Assembly: GCA_964016885.1 (NCBI GenBank)
Contig: OZ024751.1
Span: 19,716,001-19,780,000 of the forward strand
Direction of reading: 5' to 3'
DNA from: Eledone cirrhosa
Lineage: Eukaryota
Length of the DNA: 64,000 bases
The number at the start of each line of letters is the position of its first letter. The stretch's first letter is position 1. Position numbers and translations under genes: made by a program. This document shows, one piece after another, positions 23,730 to 37,854 of the stretch. A model generated the notes under the pieces. That model did no database searches. It saw only the letters and a program-made list of their open reading frames with translations, and was not told the origin of the DNA.

Positions 23730-26548
23730 CATCATCATCATCACCGTTTTACGTCCGTTCTTCCACGCTAGCATGGGTTAGACGGGTTGTCCTGTTGTGG
23801 GCAGTGTCTGGTCGGCTGACCATGCCTTGCTCATACAGGAACTGATCTGGCTTGATTTCTACAGCTGGATGCCCTTCCTAACACCAACCTCATTTTCAGT
23901 GAGTGCTGGGTGCTTTTTCGTGGCGCCTACACGTCCACTTTACAGTGTGGGCTGGGTGCTTTTTTGCCGTGGCACCTCCACGACCACCTTGCGGTGGGGG
24001 GGGGGGCATATTGTTTATATGCTTCAGCATGTACCCATGGGAGGTCGGGTACCCTGTATTACTGCGTGACGCCAGAAGTCACGGTCGTGTGTCATTGACT
24101 TTGAGAGGTGTAGTTGGGTAAGGTCGGCTTTTATCACCTCATCCCAAGTCATCTTGGGTCTCCCCACTCCGCGGTTTCCATCAACTTCTAGTGCTCTGCA
24201 CCTTTTTATGCAGCTGTCATCCTTCATACGCATCACATGTCCATACCAGCGTAACCGCCTCTCCTGCACGCAGCATTTGATTCCTCTTATGCTCAGTCTC
24301 TCTCTCAATTCATTTATGCTTTGTCGTTCACGTATATTACTGTTACACATCCATCGGAGCATGCAGGCTTCGTTTCTCTCTAATCTACGTAAGTCTTCCA
24401 CCTTCAGCGCCCAGGTCTCACTACCATGCAACATCGCTGTTCGGATACACGCATCATACAGTCTGCCTTTCATTCTGAGGGAGAAGCCTTTTGCAGCTAG
24501 CAGTGGTAGTAGTTCCCTAAACTTCTTCCATCCCGTTCTTACCCTAGTTATTGTACTTTCTGAGCACCCACCTCCGTTGCTAATTCGGTCACCTAGGTAG
24601 CAGAAGCTGTCTACTGTTTCTACAGGACCCTCCCAGAGATTGGTGGTACTTGTTTCCTGTGGCTGTTTGCTTGCTGTTTCAGCACAGCTGCTGCATGTGA
24701 ATCCTACATTCTTAATTAAGCTTCCTGAGATCCCGCTACATCTCTTGTGTACCCATTGTTTGCATTTGGGGCAAAGAATGGAGTTCCTACCTACACCTTT
24801 CCTACATACTGAGCAAGGCCATTTCCCTGAGGGGATCTGGGTTCTGTTTTCTCGTCTACTTATAAGGACCTTAGTCTTTGTCATGTTGACTTTGAGGCCC
24901 TTTCTCTCTAGTCCCTGCTTCCAGGTTTGGAATTTATTCTCTAGTTCTACCATAGATTCAGCTATGAGTGCGAGGTCATCAGCATACAGGAGTTCCCATG
25001 GGCATCCGGTCTTAAACTCCTCCGTTATTGCCTGCAGGACTATGATGAACAGGAGAGGGCTAAGAACAGAGCCCTGGTGGACCCCAACCTGTACGCTAAA
25101 TTCCTCGCTATACTCATTGCCAATCCTAACTTTGCTGACTGCTCCCCTATACATGGCTTGTACCGCTTTCACAAGCCATTCATCTACTCCTAGTTTTCTA
25201 AGAGCCCACCAGATTACTGCACGTGGAACTCTGTCAAAGGCTTTCTCAAGGTCGACAAATGCCAAGTAGAGTGGCTTACTTTTAGCTAGGTACTTTTCCT
25301 GTAATTGCCTCACAAGGAAGAGCGCATCAGTGGTGCCTTTCCCTGGTACAAACCCAAATTGCATCTCGTCTATATTCACCCGGTCCCTAATCAGCTGTGC
25401 TATAACTCTTTCTGTTACTTTCATGACCTGGTCCATCAACTTTATACCTCTATAGTTTCCTCTATCTAGTGCATCGCCTTTACCTTTGTAGCAGTTGACA
25501 ATGATGCTACTGCACCAATCTTTTGGTATGGCCCCCTCTAGTATTACCTGGTTAACGATACGTGTGGTTATAGTGTGACCTACAGACCCAGATGCCTTCA
25601 GCATCTCGGCAGCTATACCCGATGGACCGGTTGCCTTCCCTATCTTCATATCTCTGATTGCCTTACTTACTACGCTGCCGCTGACTTGTACTGCTGGTCC
25701 CTCTATAGGGTCTACGTGGGGTAGGGTCTCTTCTTCCCATGCATTCTCCTCATTTAGTAATCTATCATAATGACTCTTCCATGCATCTTTCTTCTCAGCA
25801 CTTGTGAGGGCAAGCTCACCTTTATCATTCCGGATACACTTCTCTCCAATGACATCACAACTATCTCTGACACACTGCCTCGCAATCTTGAATACCTCCT
25901 GTTTCTGGTCCTCACGTTGTAAAACATGCTTGAATTTTCTATCCTCTGCTTCCCTCCTAGCTAAGTATACTTGTCGCCTAGCTTCCCTCTTGGTCTCTAT
26001 GTAATGTACCCTGCTCCCCCCGTTCTTCCATTCTTTCCATGCCTGTCTCTTGGCCTTGACTGCTTCATCTACCTTATTGTTCCACCACCAAGTCACTCTC
26101 CTCCTGCTTGAGGTCTTACTCCAGCCACAAACCTCATCCGTCGCCTCTAGTAAGTTATTTTTTAGGAACTCCCAGTTCTCTTCTACGTTAAATGTCTCTA
26201 TCTGTTCTTCTTTACTGTCGTAGGCGTTGAGTAAAATATCTTTAAATCTGTTACTGGTTGAGGGGACTTTCAGCTTCCAGATCTTTCTTCTCCAGGTTGG
26301 CCTCTGTTTCAGGGCTCGTCTAGTTCTGACCGTGAGGTCGCTGACAACTAAGCTATGTTGGGATGTACATTCCTCACTAGGGAAGGCTTTTGTGTTTACG
26401 ACCGTCCATCTGTCACGTCCTCTGATGAGGATAAAATCTAACTGACTAGAGTGCTCCCCTGATCTATAGGTGATCAGGTGGTTGTCGGGTTTTTTAAAGT
26501 TTGTGTTACATATCGACATGTCATTGGCGTCGCAGAATTCTAGAAGTC
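23730..26548 (-). mobile_element. RTE-clade LINE, 5'-truncated, recent
   Basis: (GAT)n tail, ~280-bp 3' UTR, candidate TSD tgtgcat at 23723-23729 / 26549-26555, uninterrupted ORF. Confidence 0.96.
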
Positions 26549-26549
26549 T
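24024..26549 (-). CDS. RTE ORF, 841 codons without stop: C-terminal APE endonuclease + reverse transcriptase + PHD-like finger (no native start)
   Basis: RLLEFC..ICNTNF, SQLDFIL, SQHSLV; [35 protein letters not shown]; FCYLG; [18 protein letters not shown]. Confidence 0.95.
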   Translation of the reverse strand, partial: RLLEFCDANDMSICNTNFKKPDNHLITYRSGEHSSQLDFILIRGRDRWTVVNTKAFPSEECTSQHSLVVSDLTVRTRRALKQRPTWRRKIWKLKVPSTSNRFKDILLNAYDSKEEQIETFNVEENWEFLKNNLLEATDEVCGWSKTSSRRRVTWWWNNKVDEAVKAKRQAWKEWKNGGSRVHYIETKREARRQVYLARREAEDRKFKHVLQREDQKQEVFKIARQCVRDSCDVIGEKCIRNDKGELALTSAEKKDAWKSHYDRLLNEENAWEEETLPHVDPIEGPAVQVSGSVVSKAIRDMKIGKATGPSGIAAEMLKASGSVGHTITTRIVNQVILEGAIPKDWCSSIIVNCYKGKGDALDRGNYRGIKLMDQVMKVTERVIAQLIRDRVNIDEMQFGFVPGKGTTDALFLVRQLQEKYLAKSKPLYLAFVDLEKAFDRVPRAVIWWALRKLGVDEWLVKAVQAMYRGAVSKVRIGNEYSEEFSVQVGVHQGSVLSPLLFIIVLQAITEEFKTGCPWELLYADDLALIAESMVELENKFQTWKQGLERKGLKVNMTKTKVLISRRENRTQIPSGKWPCSVCRKGVGRNSILCPKCKQWVHKRCSGISGSLIKNVGFTCSSCAETASKQPQETSTTNLWEGPVETVDSFCYLGDRISNGGGCSESTITRVRTGWKKFRELLPLLAAKGFSLRMKGRLYDACIRTAMLHGSETWALKVEDLRRLERNEACMLRWMCNSNIRERQSINELRERLSIRGIKCCVQERRLRWYGHVMRMKDDSCIKRCRALEVDGNRGVGRPKMTWDEVIKADLTQLHLSKSMTHDRDFWRHAVIQGTRPPMGTC

Positions 26550-26727
26550 GTGCATATATATATATATATATATATGGGTATATGTTTGTATAAATGTATG
26601 TATGTGTATATATATATATATGGGTATATGTTTGTATAAATGTATGTATGTGTATATATATATATGGGTATATGTTTGTATAAATGTATGTGTATATATA
26701 TATATATATGGGTATATGTTTGTATAA

Positions 26728-26786
<59 letters not shown>

Positions 26787-26944
26787 CACATTTATACAAA
26801 GATATACCTATCTATATATCTATGTATACTTAGATACAACTATACCCCTCTAATCATGTCCCAAAAGTCTGTTGGCACTTTAATTACAGTTCCTTGTTAC
26901 AAGTTACCTCCATTATGGGACACATTGTATGAACAGAAATGCAA

Positions 26945-26955
26945 GCGCGCGCGCG

Positions 26956-26994
<39 letters not shown>

Positions 26995-27181
26995 ACACAG
27001 ACACACACACACATACACACACAGACACACATAGACACACACACACACAGACACACACACACATACACACACACACACACACATACACACACACACAGAC
27101 ACACACAGACAAACACACACATACACACACACACACACAGACACACAGACACACACAGACACACACACACACAGACACACA

Positions 27182-27232
<51 letters not shown>

Positions 27233-27650
27233 ACACAGACACACACACACATACACACACACACACTGTGTATATATATATTGTGTGTGTGTGTGTATAT
27301 ATATATTGTGTATATATATGTATGTATATACGTATGTGTATGTATATACGTATATATATATGTGTATGTATGTATATATATATATATATATATATGTGTG
27401 TATGTATGTATGTATGTATATACGTATATATATGTATATATATGTGTGTATGTGTGTGTATGTATGTATGTATATACGTATATATATGTATATATGTGTG
27501 TATGTGTGTGTATATATGTATGTATGTATATACGTATATATGTGTGTATATATGTATGTATATACGTATATATATATATATATATGTGTGTGTGTATATA
27601 TGTATGTATATACGTATATATATATGTGTGTATATATGTATGTATATACG

Positions 27651-27687
<37 letters not shown>

Positions 27688-27706
27688 ATATATGTATGTA
27701 TATACG

Positions 27707-27737
<31 letters not shown>

Positions 27738-27844
27738 ATATATGTATGTATATACGTATATATATATATATGTGTGTGTGTGTATATACGTGTATATATA
27801 TATATATATATATGTGTGTGTATATATATGTATGTATGTATGTA

Positions 27845-27884
<40 letters not shown>

Positions 27885-27890
27885 GGTGTG
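26945..27890. repeat. (CA)n and (TA/TG)n microsatellite mosaic
   Basis: Direct repeats. Confidence 0.95.
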
Positions 27891-28454
27891 TTTGGGGAGT
27901 GTCTGCAAATCTGGTGAGAAACCCTATTGTCAAACTTAGTAATAAAATAAAAAAAATATAAAGGTATACAAATATAAAAAAAAAAAACAGGCCCCGTTTC
28001 ATATCGTGAAATTTGACTTGATAAAAGAAGGAAGAGATGACGGAGGATGAAGAGGATGAGGTGAAGGAGGAGTAGAATGAAGAGGAGGATGTGGGGAGGG
28101 GGAGGATGAGGTTTTGTTTGTTTTCATTTCTTTCCACCCATTTCGAAACCCCGACAATCCCATGAACTTTTGTTATCGAATCGTTCCGCCTGAAGCATGT
28201 ACACGACAGAAAGTTTTACCTCCGCGCCCTTCCCCCATTCCCCAGCCCTACCGTAACTGCCCTTCACCCATCTTCCTCACACCACCTTCGTTTTCTTACT
28301 AATTTCTCCTATGTCTTCTCCCCTTAACTCCCCCACTTCACCACCACCACCACATTCACTACAATCTTCACTTCCTCCATCCAATTATCTGTACACGACG
28401 CCACCTTCCATATCAGTTAGAAATATACCAAAAGTAGGAACAATTATTTATAAA

Positions 28455-30053
28455 CCTTGGCAGAATCGTTAGGGCGTTGGACAAATGGTTTACAGTATTT
28501 GCTACAGCGTTTTACTTTCTGTGTTCGAATCTCCTTCGAGTCAAGTGTTAGTCTAAAGTTGAAAAGGACCGGGGGACGATAGAGGTGATATAATAGTATA
28601 TTAAATATCAAATGATAGTGAATATTATATTATTTATTATATATGAATTAAGGATTTTATTTATCATATATTATTTACAATTTGTGTGTAGGCAGGTCTC
28701 TTTGGAAATAGGGTTGGGGGGCAATGAGTGTATTACACGTCGTGTACAGATAATTGGTGGCCCGAAATGTTTGAGAACCTCTGGTCTAAAGTCTGTCTCG
28801 AGCCCGGAGATTCATTAAGCCGAGGTTAGCTTTATTCTATTAACCCCATAAGGACGAAAAGCTAAGAACCAGTAACGTACTTGGGTCGATTTAATCCCCC
28901 CCCCCCCCTCACCGCAAAATTGTTGACCTTGTGCCTGAATCAAAATCCATTATTTACAATTAATTTTTTAATTACATTTGTTTACAATATAGAGTCACGT
29001 CTCTTTTCATTCTGAGATCAAATCCCGCTGGGGTTAGCTTTTTCTTTCATTTTTATGGGAACGCTACAATAAGGTACCAGTAACATAATGGGGGGGGGGG
29101 GGGGGGGGGTCGATTTAATTGCTAGCCTTGTGCTAAAAGTAGAAACAGTTAAGTTTGCTAGATAGAACAACATAATACTTAACAAATTAACGTTAATTCG
29201 TTTACCCTGTTGTTTCGTACAGTAGTTGGGAATATTTTGTATCCCAATAGTTCTTCATCTTCTTTATGTAACTAAATGAAAGATCTTCCGTTTTGAGGGT
29301 CGAAAGATAACACAGAGACTTTTTGTAGAATTATATAGGACTTACTAGCCGTGTGGTTTAGTGGTTAGAGTTTGATTAGCATTCCTTAGGTTGCGAGTTC
29401 GATTTCTGGACCGGGCAATGCGTTATGTCCTTGAGCCAGACACTTTATTTCACAAAGGTCTTGCTGCCAGGAGTTGCCATCGGTAGATAATATCAACAAT
29501 GGAAAGACCAATGGAAACATTGTTTCCTTGGTCCGATTTAACGTGTTCTACTTCATTCGATTAAATCGATATCAGTGCTTTACTGGTGCTTTAATTTCTA
29601 TCGACCACGTAAGGATAAAAGGCAAAGCTAACCTCGGCAGAAAGTAAAGGGCCATAACTAAATACTGCAAAGCATTTTGTCCGACACCCTAACGATTCTG
29701 CCAATAAAATAATTGTTTCTACTTTTGGCACAAGGCCAGCAATTATCCCAGTGCATTACTGGTACTTTATTTTATCGAACTCAGGCCGTAAAGGGGAGTA
29801 ACTCTATGCTGCAAAGCATAACGTCTGACCCTCTACCGATACTGCCGATCCACTGTCCTTTTATTCTGCCAATAAAATAATTGTTTTTACTTTTGGCACA
29901 AGGCCAGCAATTATCCCAGTGTATTACTGCTACTTTATTTTATCGACCCCGTAAGGATGAAAGGCAAAGTTAACCTTGGCGGGATTTGAACTCAGATCGT
30001 AAAGGCACATAACTACGCTGGAAAGCATGTCTGACCCTCTACCAATACTGCCA
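28455..30053. mobile_element. SINE cluster: SINE-A + strand fragments (28455-29147), SINE-B (29345-29545 +), SINE-A minus-strand copies (29560-30053)
   Basis: Homology to the copies above. Confidence 0.85.
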
Positions 30054-30114
30054 AATAATGAAACCAGAACATACAGACATACATACATACATATATCTAA
30101 GAGTTGATTAAATG

Positions 30115-30880
30115 TACACACATACATACATACCTACACACACATACACACATACCTACACATACATACCTACACACACTCATACCTACACACACATACA
30201 TACCTACACACACATACATACCTACACACACATACACACATACTTACACACATATACCTACACACACATACATACCTACACACACATACATACCTACACA
30301 TACATACCTACACACACATACCTACACATACACACATACCTACACACACATACCTACACACTCATACCTACACACACATACATACCTACACACACATACA
30401 CACATACCTACACACTCATACCTACACACACATACATACCTACACACACATACATACTTACACACTTACATACATACTTACACACACACATACATACTTA
30501 CACACTTACATACATACCTACACACACACATACTTACACACTTACATACATACCTACACACACATACACACATACCTACACACACATACCTACCTACACA
30601 CACACACATACTTACACACTTACATACATACCTACACACACACACACACATACACACATACCTACACACACATACATACCTACACACACATACATACCTA
30701 CACACACATACATACCTACACATACATACCTACACACACATACATACCTACACACATACATACCTACACACACACATACATACCTACACACTTACATACA
30801 TACATACCTAGACACATACATACCTACACACTTACATACATACCTACACACATATACCTACACACACACATACATACATA
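30115..30880. repeat. catacctacacaca-type minisatellite
   Basis: Direct repeats. Confidence 0.93.
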
Positions 30881-30977
30881 TAGGTGTTGATTAAATTCCA
30901 AAGTCCACTAGACTTTCTCTAGATAGTTCTGAGAACCTAAGATGGCAGACATCAGTATCCGGTACTGTAATGATGTG

Positions 30978-31043
<66 letters not shown>

Positions 31044-31803
31044 TTAATCAACGTGCTGGTTCACAATTTAATTTTACCGCTTCATTACTGACATCTTCTT
31101 AATTTAGCCCTTCCACATCTCCATCCCACTCCAGATATGTTTGTTTATTTTATTTTATTTTTTGCTTTGTTTTGAAGGGGGGGGGGGTACTTTTTGAGGG
31201 ATGAGTATTTTTATATCAGATATTTTTTAAATTTCGTTTTGTTTTATCTTATAGTTTACCAGTCTTGTTGTATTAAAGTTTAGTCGATAGTATTTATTAC
31301 ACTAAAGAATGTATAGAATGTAGGTATGCATGTATATATATATATTTGTCTGTTTGTATGTATGTACGTATGCACATATATATATATATATATGTGTATG
31401 TATGTATGTGTGTGTGTGTGTGTGTGTGCATATTTTATGTGTGTATGTATGTTAGTGAATGTCTGTATGCATCTGTTTGTTGGCATGTCTTGTGAGAAAT
31501 GCAATAATCAAGAAAACATTCACACACACACACATGTATGTATGTATTTATACATATACACGTGTGTGCGCGTGTGAACGATGCTTGATTATTGCATATG
31601 TATATATATGTATATGAGAGAGAAAGAGAGAAGTATATGTGTGCGTGTGTATGTGTTTGTGTGAACGGCTGCTTGATTATTGCATATGTATATATATATA
31701 TATATAATATATATATATATATATAAATATATATATATATATGGAAGAGAAAGAGAGATGTGTATGTGTACGAGTGGGTTTGTGTGTGTAAATAAATAAA
31801 TAA

Positions 31804-31857
<54 letters not shown>

Positions 31858-32355
31858 GTGTATATGTGTGTGTGTACTCCAAAAAATCACTGACCCTAAA
31901 TTCTAAATCTTAAATTCTGTTGATTTAACGACATCTGTTCTTTATGTCTTTCTTTATTTTTATCTTTCTGTATTTCTGTTTGTCAATCTTCATTTATTTA
32001 TCACTTTCTTTCCTTATCCTTCCTCCTCATACCACCCCCCCTTCTGTTTACAAAACAAATAACCTAATCAGTAATTAAATTCGATATATATAAACACATT
32101 TTATCCTGACTGGTGTAAGAATAATTTTATGTGTTTAAAAATCTTTGATAAAAATTAGAACGTGGGATTATTAGTAACTGCGTTATAGTGTTTCCGGTGT
32201 TTATTGGACACAAACATCCGCCATAACTGAGCTGAAGTCATTTCCACCTTTACTTTATTGCGTAAACCGGGTAAATGCGATGAAGGGATGGTAAGGAGTG
32301 CCCCATGGTGTAATGACTGTTTGTTTTATATGTATTTTTTAGAATCAGATTTTGG

Positions 32356-32863
32356 GTGCCTTCAGACCCTGGACTGACTTTTTTTAAAATTTCTTCTGGA
32401 AAATCGAGACGAAGGCATCACGCCTGAATAATTAACCCTGCGAAGTGGAATGGTTGATGCAACAGGTAGCGCTGGCTGTTCCTCGCGGTCACACGCTCAC
32501 CATCGTGTCCGCAGGGTGCAGCTAAGGCTGAATGTAGGCCTTGTCTCCTCCCCATTCTCTCACTCGCTGTTCCTTTATCTTTTCTTTCATTTTGTCAGCC
32601 AGAAATAAAATCAGTCTAAATTTTCAAAATACTTTTACAAAATTACAATAACAAAGAATTAGGGCAAGGGTGCAAACTCTATATTTTCCTTTGGACTGCA
32701 ATCTCAGCTATCCTCCAAGGACCGACTGACGAAAGCATTGCCGTAGAGAACAGCCAGCGATTCCCGCTGCATCAGTCATTCCACCCCGCGTGGTTAATTC
32801 TTCAGGTGTGATGCATTCGACTCGATTTGACGGAGAAAAAAGGCAGTTAGGGGACTGAGGCAC
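32356..32863. mobile_element. Old MITE/foldback element with long imperfect TIRs
   Basis: aaatcgagacgaaggcatcacgcctgaataattaacc..gcgctggctgttc (32401-32481) is ~80% identical by eye to the reverse complement of 32747-32828; termini gtgccttcagaccc / gggactgaggcac. Confidence 0.85.
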
Positions 32864-33806
32864 AGAAGAGCTTATTAAAAAAAATATACGTTGATGCGGC
32901 CTTTCTGAAAACAGATGGCCAATCTCGGAGATATATTTTGTTTAGATATATTAGATTAATTAAGGAGGGGTTCCTAACCTCCCGTCCACGGACCCCTGGT
33001 CGTTTGCAAAGGCTTTCATGAGTAGACGAACCTTTAAAAAGTCACGGGTCTCTGAACTTCTCTAAAAATTCGCTTCAGATGTGTTTATGTTGTTTGTTTT
33101 TGTCCCGTAACTTAACGGTTCTGGAAATAGAGATTGATTTAGAGAAATAACTCCTGGGGATCGATATGGTCGATTACAATCTCTTTAAGACAGTGCCCCA
33201 GCATGACCGCAGTCTAATGATCGAAACCAGTAAAAGAATAAAAGATTAAAAACAAACAGACGAACAAATAAAAAAATGTTATCTCTACGTATATTTCTCC
33301 ATATATGTTTTCATTTTCATTTGAGAAGTGAAGACAAAAAAAAAAAGCCCCTGGGAAAGGCGTGAACGACACAACGTCCCCCCACCGCTCCCATTGCCCC
33401 AACTTCTCCGATCATCCCCTCATTTCTCAAATTCTCGGGTTTCATATCCTATGAAAGGAATCATTATTATGCCTGGCGTCCAGGGGAGTTTCTTTTAAGC
33501 AGAAGAAACTGAAGCCTAGAAGGGTTGTCTTGATATATGACCACGAAGCATTCACATTATTTCTCGCTCTTTTCAAACTGGATGGTGTGAAACTATAGTC
33601 TCACTCACTCACACATACAGTCACACATACAGACATACACATAAACACATAGACATACACACACGTACTGACACACATATATGTACATACACACCTACTG
33701 ATATACACACATACATATACAGACGTACACCGACACACACACAAAACACAATCCTGTTAACACATGCATACAGATGCTAGCGCAGAGAGACAAACTTGAC
33801 AGAAAC

Positions 33807-33809
<3 letters not shown>

Positions 33810-33855
<46 letters not shown>

Positions 33856-33888
33856 TGCATATGCATATACATACACACACATATACAC

Positions 33889-33928
<40 letters not shown>

Positions 33929-34580
33929 TTGAATATATATGTTTGTATATATATGTTTGTATATATATGTTTGTATATGTATATATGTTTGTATATATAT
34001 GTTTGTATTTGTATATATATGTTTGTATATGTATATATGTTTGTATATATATGTTTTTATATGTATATATATGTTTGTATATATATGTTTGTATATATAT
34101 GTTTGTATATGTATATATATATGCTTGTGTATATATGTATATTTGCGTATGTAAATATATGTATATATGCATGTATATTTGCGTATGTAAATATATATAT
34201 ATACATATATTTACATACGCAAATATACATACATATATACATATAAATATGTTTGCATACGCAAATATACATATATGTACATATATGCGTATGTAAATAT
34301 TTGTATATACACATATATATATATATTCGTATATATACGCGTATATGGTATTTAAATATATATCACCCCCTCAGTCAATTGCTTATATGTCTTTAAATAA
34401 TATCTATACTCTACAAGTATGGAGTACTAAGTTGAATAATGGTCTTACTGTTTACAATTAGTAATATTTCTCTCTCTCTCTCTATGTATATGTGTGTATA
34501 TATATGTGTATGTGTGTGTTTATGTATATATATATATGTATATGCATGTGTGTATGTATATATATATATATGTATATGCA

Positions 34581-34613
<33 letters not shown>

Positions 34614-34622
34614 GCATGTGTG

Positions 34623-34664
<42 letters not shown>

Positions 34665-34700
34665 TGTGTGTATGTATATATATATATATATGTATATGCA

Positions 34701-34733
<33 letters not shown>

Positions 34734-34814
34734 GTGCATGTGTGTATGTATATATATATATATATATATATATGCATGTGTATGTATATATATATATATA
34801 TATATGCATGTGTG

Positions 34815-34845
<31 letters not shown>

Positions 34846-34949
34846 GCATGTGTGTATGTATATATATATATATATATATATGCATGTGTGTATGTATATA
34901 TATATATATATATGCATGTGTGTATGTATATATATATATATATATATGC

Positions 34950-34996
<47 letters not shown>

Positions 34997-35089
34997 TGCA
35001 TGTGTGTATATATATTTGCATGTGTGTATATATGTGTATGTATATGCATGTGTATATATATGTGCGTGTGTGTGTGTATATGTATTGGG

Positions 35090-35130
<41 letters not shown>
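33810..35130. repeat. (TA)n-based minisatellites (gtttgt and gcatgtgtgt anchors) and (CT)n
   Basis: Direct repeats. Confidence 0.93.
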
Positions 35131-35134
<4 letters not shown>

Positions 35135-35224
35135 GCACAGTAGGCGATCGCAATGGCGAAGGGCAGGAGTGCTTGCAGGAAATTGCAGAGACCATCCACG
35201 GACCCTTGGGCTCTATGATGACGA

Positions 35225-35266
<42 letters not shown>

Positions 35267-35457
35267 CTTTACACAAACACACATATATATATATCAGTTT
35301 CTAGAAAGGGCACTTCAATACATACATACATACATTTATATATATATATATATATATATTTCGTTTTAATCATTTTCTAACCCAGAAAAAAGAGAGAGAG
35401 AGACAAAAAAGGAAAAATATTTTTTTTCCTAATAATCGTCTCTTTCTCCCTGTTTTC

Positions 35458-35501
<44 letters not shown>

Positions 35502-35722
35502 CGAAGGAAATGTGGTAAGGAACCAGGTGGACCATAACGCACTAAAGTACTCAATACTTAGGGTAGTAGAGTGATGACGATGATATAGTCTTTGATTTTC
35601 CCGCTTTTACTTCGGTCCAGTTTACATACGGGTCACTTTTACGACCTTTCAGACCTTTATTAGCTGGCAGGAGGTTGTATATTTTGTCGTTCCTGGGACG
35701 TTTAGCCCTAGGAAGGGAAAAT

Positions 35723-35804
35723 GCTTCTCTGATGAGCTTTGGTTTTCCATCATAAATCCATCGGATTTATGAGGTTTTACAAAGCGAAACTGATCAGTAA
35801 GGGC
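35723..35804 (+). ncRNA. Canonical type I hammerhead within a ~310-bp insert (35588-35890)
   Basis: gcttct-CTGATGA-gctttg..tcataaatcc atc ggatttatga..caaagc-GAAA-ctgatcag-TA-agggc; stem III actgatcagt palindromic. Confidence 0.85.
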
Positions 35805-36085
35805 CACTAGGAGAGGTAAATATTTATATTATATTTTTTAATGTATTTTGAAAAATTGATTGAATTTTACTTGTTCTGCTTATCTTAATATATATATATA
35901 TATATGTGTGTGTCTTTACACAAACACACATATATATATATATATATATATAACGAAGGAAATGTGGTAAGGAACCAGGTGGACCATAACGCACCAAAGT
36001 ACTCAATACTTGAGGTAGTAGAGTGGGTAATAGGAACCAGTAAGACCCCGACAGCTGAGCTCAAGCCGTTTCGACGGCTAATTCT

Positions 36086-36145
<60 letters not shown>

Positions 36146-36525
36146 CTTTACACAAACACACATATATATATATATCAGTTTCTAGAAATGGCATACTTCT
36201 AGTTTTACTTTGTAATTTGGTTCATATGGTAAATGTTAACAGATTCTGGTGATAAATTGTGTTTTTCCAGAGTTATTTCTTCCTCACACGAACCAACGAT
36301 AATTATATACGTAAATAATACATAGATAACACATTACACACATTACGCACATACACACGTATGTATGTATACATATGTGTATATATGTATGCGTATATAT
36401 GTATATGCAAATATATATATCTATATATATATAACACATAGGGCAATATTGATAGAAACAACTAATTTGGCGTTGTTTTACAGTAGATAAAATAGTTATA
36501 AAATAGTAGTAGTAGTAGTAGTAGA

Positions 36526-36570
<45 letters not shown>

Positions 36571-36585
36571 AATATGCGTACACAA

Positions 36586-36627
<42 letters not shown>

Positions 36628-36647
36628 TTGTGTAGGTATATATGTGC

Positions 36648-36692
<45 letters not shown>

Positions 36693-36703
36693 TTTTGTAT
36701 ACA

Positions 36704-36739
<36 letters not shown>

Positions 36740-36751
36740 CAGACACACATG

Positions 36752-36808
<57 letters not shown>

Positions 36809-36822
36809 GTATAGAAAAATAA

Positions 36823-36906
<84 letters not shown>

Positions 36907-37207
36907 GAGAAAAACAATAGTAACAACAAGAACAGCAACAAGCACAAGAACTAGAAAGAACAAAAAACCAAGACATTGGAACGAAACAAAAACAAAGGAC
37001 CTTCTGTGTTGGAAATTTCATCAGAATATCATATGAGTACATATATATAGTGTTGTATTGCTTAGAGGGTGGTGGCGGTGTGGTGGTAGGTGGAGGAGGA
37101 GGAGGAGAAGAAGAAGAAGAAAAAGAAGTAGAATGAATATAAGAAGAAAGAATATGAGATGGGGAAGAGGAAGAAAAAGTGACGAAAGGACGAAGAGCAA
37201 GATAATA

Positions 37208-37740
37208 AATGTTTCTACTTTTGGCACAAGGCCAGAAATTCCCCAGTGCATTACTGGTACTTTATTTTATCGACCCCGTAAGGATGAAAGTCAAAGTTAA
37301 CCTCGGCGGGATTTGAACTCAGAACGCAAAGGGCCATAACTCTATGCTGAAAAGCATGGTGCCTGACGCTCTACAATAACGGTGATTATGATGATGATAA
37401 TAATACTAATTGTTTCTACTTTTGACACAAGGCCAGCAAATACCATAGTGTATTACTGGTACTTTATTTTATCGACCCCGTAAGGATGAAAGTCAAAGTT
37501 AACCTCGGCGGGATTTGAACTCAGAACGCAAAGGGCCATAACTCTATGCTGAAAAGCATGGTGCCTGACGCTCTACAATAACGGTGATTATGATGACGAT
37601 TATGATGATGATAATAATACTAATTGTTTCTACTTTTGACACAAGGCCAGCAAATACCCTAGTGTATTACTGGTACTTTATTTTATCGACCCCGTAAGGA
37701 GGAAAGGCAAAGTTAACCTCGGCGGGATTTGAACTCAGAT
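37208..37740 (-). mobile_element. Tandem triplication of SINE-A plus flank (~200-215 bp period)
   Basis: Near-identical units including flank ctctacaataacggtgattatgatg. Confidence 0.9.
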
Positions 37741-37854
37741 AATAATACGAAGAAAAAGAACAATAACAATTGCAACAGAAACAACAACATTAATGGTATG
37801 CAATTGTTGCTTCTTCCATGTTGTGCCAGGAGGAAGAAGGGAAGGGTCCAACCT

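Larger units (their letters stand above)
22362..26810. repeat. Minisatellite tgggtatatgtttgtataaatgtatgtgtgca+(TA)n, split by the RTE insertion
   Basis: ~30 units left and ~4 right of the LINE; terminal units in the opposite orientation. Confidence 0.93.

Noticed and set aside
26550-26789. N-terminal 80 aa of the 921-aa ORF
   Set aside because: Read-through into the flanking minisatellite; not part of the LINE
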